Below are positions 47,354-55,476 of a stretch of DNA of 64,000 nt, one piece after another; positions within the stretch are counted from its first letter, which is position 1, and each line of letters starts with the position of its first letter. A program made the position numbers and the translations under genes. This DNA is from Thermoplasmata archaeon (lineage in GTDB: Archaea > Thermoplasmatota > Thermoplasmata > RBG-16-68-12 > JAFNFQ01). A model generated the notes under the pieces. The model ran no database searches, had not been told where the DNA came from, and worked only from the letters and a program-made list of their open reading frames with translations. Location: contig JBGPQV010000001.1 of NCBI GenBank assembly GCA_041489255.1, positions 288,001 to 352,000 of the forward strand, in the 5' to 3' direction.

Positions 47354-49873
47354 ATGGGAGAACGGCTTGCCGCCCGCCCGCTGACTCTTAAAGGGGAGAA
47401 GGCCCTGAGGCACACAGGTGGTCGACAGAGAGACGGCGTCAGAGGAGCGGTTCCCCTACTCGCCGTCCTGCTCGTTGCCATTGCCGTCTCTACCCTCCTC
47501 GACGCGCCGAGCGCCCGGGCCTTCCCCCAAACCACGACTCGAGACGGATACTTCGCCAGTGCCGGCTTTGGGGATATGGCGGTGGTCGATGTCAACGGCG
47601 ATGGCCACAAGGACATCGTGCTGTCGAATCGCGCCGCGCCTGACGGGAACGGGACATTCACCGTATGGCTCTACAACCCTACCTTGAATGGATATGGGAA
47701 TGTCCCGGATGCGGTAGTCAAGGTTCCACGGCATCTGCGGATGATCGTAGATGACCTAAACAATGACAATCGCCTCGATGTTGTCATCCTGACAGAGCAG
47801 CCCACCACGATTTGTAGCGTCGGTCCTCTCGTGTGGGCCACGGTGTGCGTCTACATACAGCCTCTGACGGGGTTCCGGTTTGTGCGCGACGCGACTGCCA
47901 TGATTCGAGCTCCCGGCGCGATTGACATCGCAGCAGGCGCTCTGAGAGGAACCGCCGCAGGGAAGGATATCGCTGTACTATATCCCGACAGGGCCACAGT
48001 CTACAACGCCATCGGCGCTCCCCCCTATTACCCAACATCCGCCGACAAGACAATCACAAATTCATCAGGCTACACCAGGATAATGGCCGATGATGTGAAC
48101 GATGACGCGTTTGACGACCTTGCGCTCGCCAATCCGAACGAGGTCAAGATCCTATTCGGGACACCCAGCGGCATAGTCGACTGCGATGAGATCAACTGCA
48201 GAGCCTACCCGGTTCCGGGCAGCCAGACAGGCAATGTGTCGATCGTGGTCGCAGACGTTCTCGGGGATTCCAGGCCAGACATCGCCATGGTTGTGTCAAA
48301 CAGCTCGAAGTCCACCGGGACAATCGTCATCCTTGAGCGGGTTGACCCCCCGCTGGCATGGAATTTCACCGAGAGATTCAGAAGGACTGCAACGGATTTC
48401 ACCGACCAGCTGACCTTCGGCGACTTCAACGCAGACGGAGCGAACGACATGGCGGTGGTCCTCTATTCGAGAGGAGATGTCGCCGTCTATTACCGGAATC
48501 CGAGCGGGACGTTCGACGGCACATTCGAATTCCTACTCAGCGGTACGAACGCCTCCGGCAAGAACGAGAAGATTGGCCACGGGGACTTCAACGATGATGG
48601 ATTGGAGGATATCGCGCTCAGGTCACCCGACTCGGTTTCCTTCTTCCTGCAGCAGGATGCCGAAGTCCAGAAGTGGATACCGGGAGCGTGTCCCGACGAC
48701 TGTCCTCGTTTCAACCAAGGAGGGTCGGGAGACAGTCTGATCAACCTGTCAGACTACTTCATGGATGACCATGGACCTATCATCTATTCGATTTCGCAAT
48801 CGTCGCCGGATATAGTTGCGAGCCGGGACGGGACGTATCTGGACTTCACGGTCGTGACTCAAGGCTGGACCGGGGTCATGAGATTCAATGTGTCGGCGAA
48901 CGACCTTTATCCGGGACATCAAGCCGCCGTGAGTCAGTTCGAGGTCATGGTCAACGGTGTCCCCGTGATCACCAGCACGCCGCCGGCGCAGGTCACCCTT
49001 GGGGGGGAGTACGATTACCTGCCTGTGATATACGACCCATCCGCCGTTCCCGGCTATAGCGACTCGCATACGTTCACCACGCTCGGCGTCACGCCGCCCG
49101 GTCTGTCCCTCGATGTCAACTCCGGGCTGGTGCGATGGCGGCCGTCTGTCACAGGCGACTTCACGATCACGATACAAGCAACCGACAACTACGGCGCCAA
49201 GTCAGCCCCACAGACCTTCACCATAACCGTCGTCCAAAAGCCCAACGAGCCGCCCTCCGGCCCACTTGGCATACCTCTCCCGAACGACACCAACGGGATG
49301 ATTGTACTCATGGCAATACTGGGCGCCATCCTCCTCATCTCTTCGATCTTGGCGGTGAACGAGAACGCCAAGTACGGCTTCCTCCTCATGCTCCTTCCCC
49401 TCTACAGCAAGATCAAGCGGGAGAAGGTCCTCGACCACTTCATCCGCGGTCAGATCTTCGGCTACGTCATGGCGAACCCGGGGGAGCACTACAACGCAAT
49501 CAAGCAGGCGCTGGACATAACGAACGGCTCGCTCGCGCACCACCTCAGGACGCTCGAGAGAGAGCACTTCGTCCAGAGCAAGAGGTTCGGCCTCTACCGC
49601 AGGTTCTACCCCTGGGCAATGCGCGTGCCCGAGGACGGCTACTTCCGTATGAACGAGATACAGAAGAGCATCCTCGCCCTGTGCAGGAACCAGCCTGGCG
49701 TGTCGCAGAAGGAGCTCGCTGGCTCGCTCAACCTCACGCCCCCGACAATCAACTATCACATCGCGATCCTGGCAGAGCATGGCCACGTCTCGGTGATACG
49801 CCGGGGAAGGAAGACCCAAATCTACGTCCTCAAGGGGGCTGAAGATGAAGCTCATCGACAAGTACCCCATTGA
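47354..49873 (+). CDS. Membrane-tethered regulator: signal peptide, FG-GAP/VCBS repeats, Ig domains, TM, tandem winged-HTH
   Basis: DVNGDGHKDI, DLNNDNRLDV, DVNDDAFDDL, GDFNADGANDM, GDFNDDGLEDI; PVITSTPP/PPGLSLD Ig; TM; RGQIFGYVMANPG...NGSLAHHL..LE and PGVSQKELA...TINYHI. Confidence 0.88.
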   Translation: MGERLAARPLTLKGEKALRHTGGRQRDGVRGAVPLLAVLLVAIAVSTLLDAPSARAFPQTTTRDGYFASAGFGDMAVVDVNGDGHKDIVLSNRAAPDGNGTFTVWLYNPTLNGYGNVPDAVVKVPRHLRMIVDDLNNDNRLDVVILTEQPTTICSVGPLVWATVCVYIQPLTGFRFVRDATAMIRAPGAIDIAAGALRGTAAGKDIAVLYPDRATVYNAIGAPPYYPTSADKTITNSSGYTRIMADDVNDDAFDDLALANPNEVKILFGTPSGIVDCDEINCRAYPVPGSQTGNVSIVVADVLGDSRPDIAMVVSNSSKSTGTIVILERVDPPLAWNFTERFRRTATDFTDQLTFGDFNADGANDMAVVLYSRGDVAVYYRNPSGTFDGTFEFLLSGTNASGKNEKIGHGDFNDDGLEDIALRSPDSVSFFLQQDAEVQKWIPGACPDDCPRFNQGGSGDSLINLSDYFMDDHGPIIYSISQSSPDIVASRDGTYLDFTVVTQGWTGVMRFNVSANDLYPGHQAAVSQFEVMVNGVPVITSTPPAQVTLGGEYDYLPVIYDPSAVPGYSDSHTFTTLGVTPPGLSLDVNSGLVRWRPSVTGDFTITIQATDNYGAKSAPQTFTITVVQKPNEPPSGPLGIPLPNDTNGMIVLMAILGAILLISSILAVNENAKYGFLLMLLPLYSKIKREKVLDHFIRGQIFGYVMANPGEHYNAIKQALDITNGSLAHHLRTLEREHFVQSKRFGLYRRFYPWAMRVPEDGYFRMNEIQKSILALCRNQPGVSQKELAGSLNLTPPTINYHIAILAEHGHVSVIRRGRKTQIYVLKGAEDEAHRQVPH

Positions 49874-50066
49874 GAGGATGAAGGACAAGGCGGTCAGGCT
49901 CAGCTTCCAGTGCCCCTACTGCAAGTCCTGGCGGATAGAGATGAACCGCCCCGAGGACATGAGCTTCTTCACGGGAGTGCAGTGCGTCAAGTGCAAGACC
50001 CTCGTGCTGCTGGACAGCTTGAGCGTCGTTGTCGTCCGAGAAGGCCTGATGGAAGAGGCGCACTGA
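49845..50066 (+). CDS. Small Zn-ribbon protein
   Basis: CPYC...CVKC; overlaps stop of upstream gene. Confidence 0.7.
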   Translation: MKLIDKYPIERMKDKAVRLSFQCPYCKSWRIEMNRPEDMSFFTGVQCVKCKTLVLLDSLSVVVVREGLMEEAH

Positions 50067-51281
50067 TCAGTCTGCGAGCATCATCGCCGCGAACACCTTT
50101 GCGTCCGCCACGAGGTTGTCGATCTTGACGTGCTCCTTCGTCGAGTGCGCGGTCTCGTCGCCCGTCGCCCACACCACCGAGTCCGCACCCGCCCGCCTGA
50201 AGTAGGCTGCCACGGTCCCGCCGCCGATGCCGACCACCTTCGGCTCGACCTTCCTGACCGTCCTGAGCGCCTTCCCCAGTGCCGCCACGAGCGGCGAGTT
50301 CACCGATGTCGGGGGGCTCGACTCATTCTGGACGATGCCCAGGTCGACCTTCACCTTGTGAGCCTTCTTGACCGCGTTGACCTGCTGGCGGACCGTGGCC
50401 AGGACGTCGTTGTTCCTGTAGCGGGGCAGGATGCGGCAATCGAAGAAGAACACGTCCTCGCCGGGGATCGTGTTCACGTTCGGCACGTTCGATTCCTTCT
50501 TCGTAGGCTCGAACGTGGAGACTGGCGGGACGAATATCGAGTCCTTCCCGCCGAACCTCTGATGCAGCGCCTTGTCGAGGCGTCCGATGAGGTCCGCGCC
50601 CGCCCTGTGAGCGTTGATGCCTTTATCCGGCCTCGAACCGTGTTCCTGCTTCCCGTGGATCGTGAACTTCAGCCAGAGGATGTTCTTCTCCGCCACCTCG
50701 ATCTCGGCGCCCTTGGCGGTGCCCCAGTCGGGGCAGACCAGCCAGTCGCCCTTCTTCACCATCCCTTCTCGGATTATATGCTGCGCGCCGTAGTAGCTGC
50801 CGGTCTCCTCGTCGGCCACCCAGGCGACCGCAACCGGCCTCGGCGGCTCGATCATGCAGTCCTTCAGGGCCTTGAGCGCGAACAGCGACGCCACACATGC
50901 CTGGCCGTTGTCCTCCACCCCCCGCCCGTAGATCTTTCCGTCCTTGACCACGGGATCGAAAGGGTCATGGGGCCATTCCTTGAGGTTGCCAGGCGGAACC
51001 ACGTCGACGTGTGAGAGTATCCAGAGGCGCTGCTTGCCCTCGCCCCTGCGGACGATGAGGTTCGGCCTGATTCCAGACGGTACCCTTTCGTCCTTCGCGT
51101 CGCACCTCTCCACCCCGAACCCGTAGAGGAGAAGCTTGCGCTGCAGCCACTCCGTCTTCTTGAGCTCCCCCTCCCCGCCAGAGCCGGGGTCGAGGGCCGG
51201 AATCCTGCAAAACTCGACGAGTGTCTGGACCATCTCATCGCGGTAGCCGTCGATCGCCGAAAGGACCGCCTTCAGTTCCAT
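50067..51281 (-). CDS. M20 family metallo-hydrolase (ArgE/DapE-like)
   Basis: SHVDVVP, YGRGVEDN, DEETGS, HGSRP, GGGT, AH. Confidence 0.9.
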   Translation of the reverse strand: MELKAVLSAIDGYRDEMVQTLVEFCRIPALDPGSGGEGELKKTEWLQRKLLLYGFGVERCDAKDERVPSGIRPNLIVRRGEGKQRLWILSHVDVVPPGNLKEWPHDPFDPVVKDGKIYGRGVEDNGQACVASLFALKALKDCMIEPPRPVAVAWVADEETGSYYGAQHIIREGMVKKGDWLVCPDWGTAKGAEIEVAEKNILWLKFTIHGKQEHGSRPDKGINAHRAGADLIGRLDKALHQRFGGKDSIFVPPVSTFEPTKKESNVPNVNTIPGEDVFFFDCRILPRYRNNDVLATVRQQVNAVKKAHKVKVDLGIVQNESSPPTSVNSPLVAALGKALRTVRKVEPKVVGIGGGTVAAYFRRAGADSVVWATGDETAHSTKEHVKIDNLVADAKVFAAMMLAD

Positions 51282-51400
51282 GCGGCCGGGATGCGGGATT
51301 CGGACGATAAGCGTTTTGCAGTCGACATGGCGGGAAAGGTGACTCCCGCAGTTTCCGTCAAAAAGCTTATCACCGGCCCATCGCTTACACCGCTGGATAT

Positions 51401-51760
51401 ATGGCAGACATAGCCGCCCTCGAACAGATTCTGAACGAGCTCGAACAGGTCGACGGCATCACGAACGCGGTCCTCGTGTCGAGGAGCGGGATGCACATAG
51501 CCGGCAAGGTGCCCGAGGGCGCGCATCCGGAGACTTTCGTCGCGATGTTCGCGATCCTCCTGGGTGCCGCCGAGACAGCGACCTCGGAACTGAGGGACGA
51601 ATTGGGGTCGGTGGTGCTGAACCTCGGCAACAGCAAGATGGCCATAATCAACGATGGCCCCAAGGCGCTCTTCGTCCTGCGACTCAAGAAAGACGCGAAT
51701 CTAGAGATGGTCGTGAGGGAAGTCGCAGTCTTCTCCAAGAAGATGGAGGAGTACCTCTAG
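51401..51760 (+). CDS. Roadblock/LC7 domain protein
   Basis: L.EL..VDGI..AVLVSRSG, FVAMFAILLGAAETA. Confidence 0.88.
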   Translation: MADIAALEQILNELEQVDGITNAVLVSRSGMHIAGKVPEGAHPETFVAMFAILLGAAETATSELRDELGSVVLNLGNSKMAIINDGPKALFVLRLKKDANLEMVVREVAVFSKKMEEYL

Positions 51761-51774
51761 TCGGCGGGCGAGCC

Positions 51775-52443
51775 TCAGATCCTTCTGAACCCTCTGCCCA
51801 TCCACTCCACAACCGATTTGGGCACGTACCTCATTGTCGCCCTCAGGCCCCTGTTCACTCCCGCAACATCGGTGCGCCTGCCCGCCAGAGATTGGAGGAT
51901 GTCGTCCTCCTTCTGGAGCCTCTCTTCCAGCACGGTCACCGCCCTACCGATCTCGTCGATGAAATGTCCGTCGCTCCCGCCGGTCCGGCCTTTCCCGGCC
52001 TGCGCGGCCAGGTCAGTCGCCCGCCCGTTCCCCCGCCTCGACGTCCTCGCATTCTGGACCTCGTAAACCGCGAATGGGGTGTCCAAGGTGACTCTCTCCC
52101 CGAGCCCGGACCAGAACCTGTAGGGATGCGCCGCCACCGCCACGCCGCCCTGAGCCGCGATCCGCTCGACGGTCTCCTGGGGCGTCAGGTCCCTCGGGAT
52201 CAGCTCCTTCACGCCATAGCCGAGGATGTGCCCCTCCGTCGTCGAGACCTCGATCGCCCCGAGGACAACGAACCCCTCGAACTCCTTCGCGAACTCCCTC
52301 GCGTCCTTCACTCCCGCAATCGCGTTGTGGTCGGTGAGGGCGATGCCGTCGAGGCCGAGCGACCTCGCCTGCCTGACGATGTCCCTCGGGTCGAGCCTTG
52401 AGTCGGGGGAGTGGCGCGAGTGGGTGTGAAGGTCCAGCCGCAT
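51775..52443 (-). CDS. PHP-domain metal-dependent phosphoesterase
   Basis: DLHTHS, LTDHN, EVST..GH, AHP, GGSDGH. Confidence 0.9.
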   Translation of the reverse strand: MRLDLHTHSRHSPDSRLDPRDIVRQARSLGLDGIALTDHNAIAGVKDAREFAKEFEGFVVLGAIEVSTTEGHILGYGVKELIPRDLTPQETVERIAAQGGVAVAAHPYRFWSGLGERVTLDTPFAVYEVQNARTSRRGNGRATDLAAQAGKGRTGGSDGHFIDEIGRAVTVLEERLQKEDDILQSLAGRRTDVAGVNRGLRATMRYVPKSVVEWMGRGFRRI

Positions 52444-52444
52444 C

Positions 52445-54583
52445 CTATCTTACCGCCGCGCCTTCTTGGATGCCTTTGTCGGCGAGCACGTGCTTCCCTC
52501 CCGCCATCAGGGGCACCCTGAGCTTCCCCGCGCTCCCGTGGAAGTACGCCCTGTGCTCCGCTCCCACAGCGAACTTGAACTTCTGGAAATCTTCGAAGCC
52601 AATCATCGAGGCGCCCTTCTTCCCGAGCAACTGGCTCCCGAGAGGGACGTCGCCTGGCGGGATAAGTATGGCGACATCGGCGGGGCCCTCCGCTGCCAGG
52701 AGCATGCCATTGGACTCTATCCCCCGCAACTTGGCGGGCTGGAGGTTGCACAGTACCGCGATGCGCTTCCCCGCGATCTCCTCTTTCTTGTAGTTCTGCC
52801 TGATCCCCGCCACGAGCTGTCTTTTCTCGTCCCCGAGGTCGACCTGCAGCACATACAGCTTGTCCCCGCGCGGATGGTCTTTCACGTCGACTATCCGACC
52901 GACCCTGATGTCGAACAGGTCAGCCTCCCCTCCGGATGCAACCTGCACCTCCTCAATCTTGCTGAAGAGGGGCTTGCCTACGCGGAGCTTCTGGCCCGCC
53001 GGAATGTCCTCGAGCGCCTCGGTCCATCTCTGCTCGCTCACGTTCGAGTCGTACCCGAGCATGTTCCAGAGCCTCTGCGATGAGAAAGGCAGGAAAGGCG
53101 CCATGATCACCGCGAGCGCCCTGCTCGTCCTCACCGCGACGTGGATGGCGGTCCCGCAGGCGGCCTTGTCCGTCCTCACCGAGTCCCAGGGCGCCTTCTG
53201 GTCGAAGTACTGGTTGCCCAGGCGGGCGAGTTGGATCGCTTCCCTCAGTGCGTCCTTGAAGTGGACGAAATCCAGGTTCTGCCCGACCTTCTTCCATTGC
53301 TCCTCGATGTTCCTGATCATCGCCTTGTCCGCGCCGTCGGGGAAGCCCGCCGCCGGCACGGCGCCGTCGAAGTTCTTCGACGCGAACGTCAGCGCGCGGT
53401 GCACGAAGTTGCCGTAGACCGCCAGGAGCTCCGAGTTGTTCTTCGCCGCAAGATCCTCGAAAGTGAATTCCGCGTCCCTCATCTCCGGCATCGTCGCGGT
53501 CGCATAGTACCTGAGCGCGTCGGGATCGTACCTCTCAAGGAGCTCCGGCAACCACACGCCGACCCCCCGCCCTGACGACATCTTCGCCCCGCCGGTGTTC
53601 AGGAACTGGTTGGCGGGGACATCGTACGGCAGGTCCAGCTTCTCGTCGTAACCCATGAGGATGGACGGCCAAATGATCGTGTGGAACGGTATGTTATCCT
53701 TGCCGACGAAGTAGTAGTGCTTGGCTTTCGGGTCGTACCACCAGTCCTTCCACTTCTCAGGTTCACCTCTCCTCCTCGCCCATTCGATGCTGGTGGAAAG
53801 ATAGCCTATCACCGCCTCGAACCAGACGTAGATCCGCTTGGTCTCGTAGCCAAGCAGAGGTATCTCCACACCCCATTCGATGTCCCTGGTGACCGCCCTG
53901 TCCAGCAGCCCCTCCCTCATGTAGCCCATGGTGAACGCGAGGACGTGCTGCCGCCAGTAGCTCTTGTCCTTGAGGTAGTCGCGCAGCCTCTGCTCGAAAC
54001 CACTGAGGCGGAAGAAGAAGTGGTTGGTCTCACGCTTGACCGGCGTGGTCCCGCATATCTTGCACCTCGGGCTCTCCAGGTCGAAGGGGTCGAGGATGTG
54101 CCCGCAGTTGTCGCACTGGTCCCCCCTCGCCTTGTCGAACCTGCAGTTGGGGCAAGTGCCCTCGACGTACCTGTCTGGCAGGAATCGATCGCACTTGGGG
54201 CAGTAGGGCGACTCCATCGTTTTCTCGAATATCTTCGCGTCCCTGTACAGCTTGAGGAAGATGTCCTGGACGACCTTCTTGTGGTTCTGCTCCGAGGTTT
54301 TCCAGTAGAGGTCGCACGATATGCCTAGCTTCTCGAAGTTGCTCGAGTGCAGCTGGTGGAACCTCTCCGCGACCTCGGCTGGGGTCTTGCCCTCTTGCTC
54401 CGCGCGGAGCGTCGTCGGCGTGCCGTGCTGATCGCTGCCGCTGACCATCAGGACTTCGTCGCCCTTCATGCGGTGATATCTCGCGAATATGTCCGCTGGC
54501 AGTTGGGCTCCGGCCATATGGCCGATGTGCCTCGGTCCTGAGGAATACGGCCACGCGATACCGATGAATATCTTCTCTGGCAT
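52445..54583 (-). CDS. metG: Methionine--tRNA ligase with C-terminal tRNA-binding domain
   Basis: AWPY...HIGH, GSDQHGTP, Zn knuckles, YVWFEA, GKDNIPFH, KMSS; Trbp111-like C-terminus; start ATG 54583. Confidence 0.95.
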   Translation of the reverse strand: MPEKIFIGIAWPYSSGPRHIGHMAGAQLPADIFARYHRMKGDEVLMVSGSDQHGTPTTLRAEQEGKTPAEVAERFHQLHSSNFEKLGISCDLYWKTSEQNHKKVVQDIFLKLYRDAKIFEKTMESPYCPKCDRFLPDRYVEGTCPNCRFDKARGDQCDNCGHILDPFDLESPRCKICGTTPVKRETNHFFFRLSGFEQRLRDYLKDKSYWRQHVLAFTMGYMREGLLDRAVTRDIEWGVEIPLLGYETKRIYVWFEAVIGYLSTSIEWARRRGEPEKWKDWWYDPKAKHYYFVGKDNIPFHTIIWPSILMGYDEKLDLPYDVPANQFLNTGGAKMSSGRGVGVWLPELLERYDPDALRYYATATMPEMRDAEFTFEDLAAKNNSELLAVYGNFVHRALTFASKNFDGAVPAAGFPDGADKAMIRNIEEQWKKVGQNLDFVHFKDALREAIQLARLGNQYFDQKAPWDSVRTDKAACGTAIHVAVRTSRALAVIMAPFLPFSSQRLWNMLGYDSNVSEQRWTEALEDIPAGQKLRVGKPLFSKIEEVQVASGGEADLFDIRVGRIVDVKDHPRGDKLYVLQVDLGDEKRQLVAGIRQNYKKEEIAGKRIAVLCNLQPAKLRGIESNGMLLAAEGPADVAILIPPGDVPLGSQLLGKKGASMIGFEDFQKFKFAVGAEHRAYFHGSAGKLRVPLMAGGKHVLADKGIQEGAAVR

Positions 54584-54788
54584 CTGGAATTGCAAGAAGG
54601 TAGAGAGCGACTTAAAGGATGCGGTATGGCCCCGGGACTGCGCGCGTTTCAATATCACGGCGGTTGCATGAAGTATTGACCTCGGACAACCGCCTCGATA
54701 CGGCCACAAGTGGCCTCGAAGGATGACTTGCGAGCCCAATGACAGTTCGAATCACAGGTGAGGTTGACATTGATGACGAGGGACCGCC

Positions 54789-55475
54789 CTACCCAGACTT
54801 TGTCTCGCCCGTTATCTTCCCGTCCTCGATCTGGAGGACCCTATGGGCTATGTGCGCGACTCTCTGGTCATGCGTCACGACCACCAGCGTCTTCTTGAGC
54901 TCCTGATTAAGGCGCCTCATCAGATCCAAGACTTCTTGTCCCGTCTTCGTGTCGAGCTCGCCGGTTGGCTCGTCGGCGAGTATTAATGGCGGGTCGTTGG
55001 CCAGCGCCACGGCGATTGCTATGCGTTGCTGTTCCCCGCCACTGAGCTCGTCGGGGCGGTGATTCGCGCGCTTCTTCATGTCCACGAGCGAGAGGAGTTC
55101 ACCGGTGCGGCTCTCGCGCTTCCCGCCATCCAACCCCGCGAGGCGCATCGGGAGCTGGATATTCTCCTCGGCGCTCAGGGTCGGCACCAGGTTGAAGAAC
55201 TGAAACACGAAGCCGACTGCGTCGCGACGGTGGCGGACCAGATCCGCATCGCTTAAATCTGGCAGGTTTACCCCGTCGACCTCAAGCCGACCGGCGGTCG
55301 GCCTGTCTATGCCGCCGATCAGATTCAGCAATGTCGTCTTCCCGCACCCGGAGGGCCCCTGCACCGCCACCAGCTCTCCATTCTCGATATCCATGTCGAG
55401 ACCCCTGAGGGCGATCACTTCCGACTTTCCCATTTTGTAGACCTTGATGAGGTCCTTCGTCATGATGCGAGGCAT
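54789..55475 (-). CDS. ABC transporter ATP-binding protein (LolD/MacB-type)
   Basis: [28 protein letters not shown]; SD GAGGTG; start ATG 55475. Confidence 0.93.
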   Translation of the reverse strand: MPRIMTKDLIKVYKMGKSEVIALRGLDMDIENGELVAVQGPSGCGKTTLLNLIGGIDRPTAGRLEVDGVNLPDLSDADLVRHRRDAVGFVFQFFNLVPTLSAEENIQLPMRLAGLDGGKRESRTGELLSLVDMKKRANHRPDELSGGEQQRIAIAVALANDPPLILADEPTGELDTKTGQEVLDLMRRLNQELKKTLVVVTHDQRVAHIAHRVLQIEDGKITGETKSG

Positions 55476-55476
55476 G

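Noticed and set aside
54584-54788. GTTCGAATC resembling a tRNA T-loop in an intergenic gap
   Set aside because: No T-stem, acceptor stem or cloverleaf could be built
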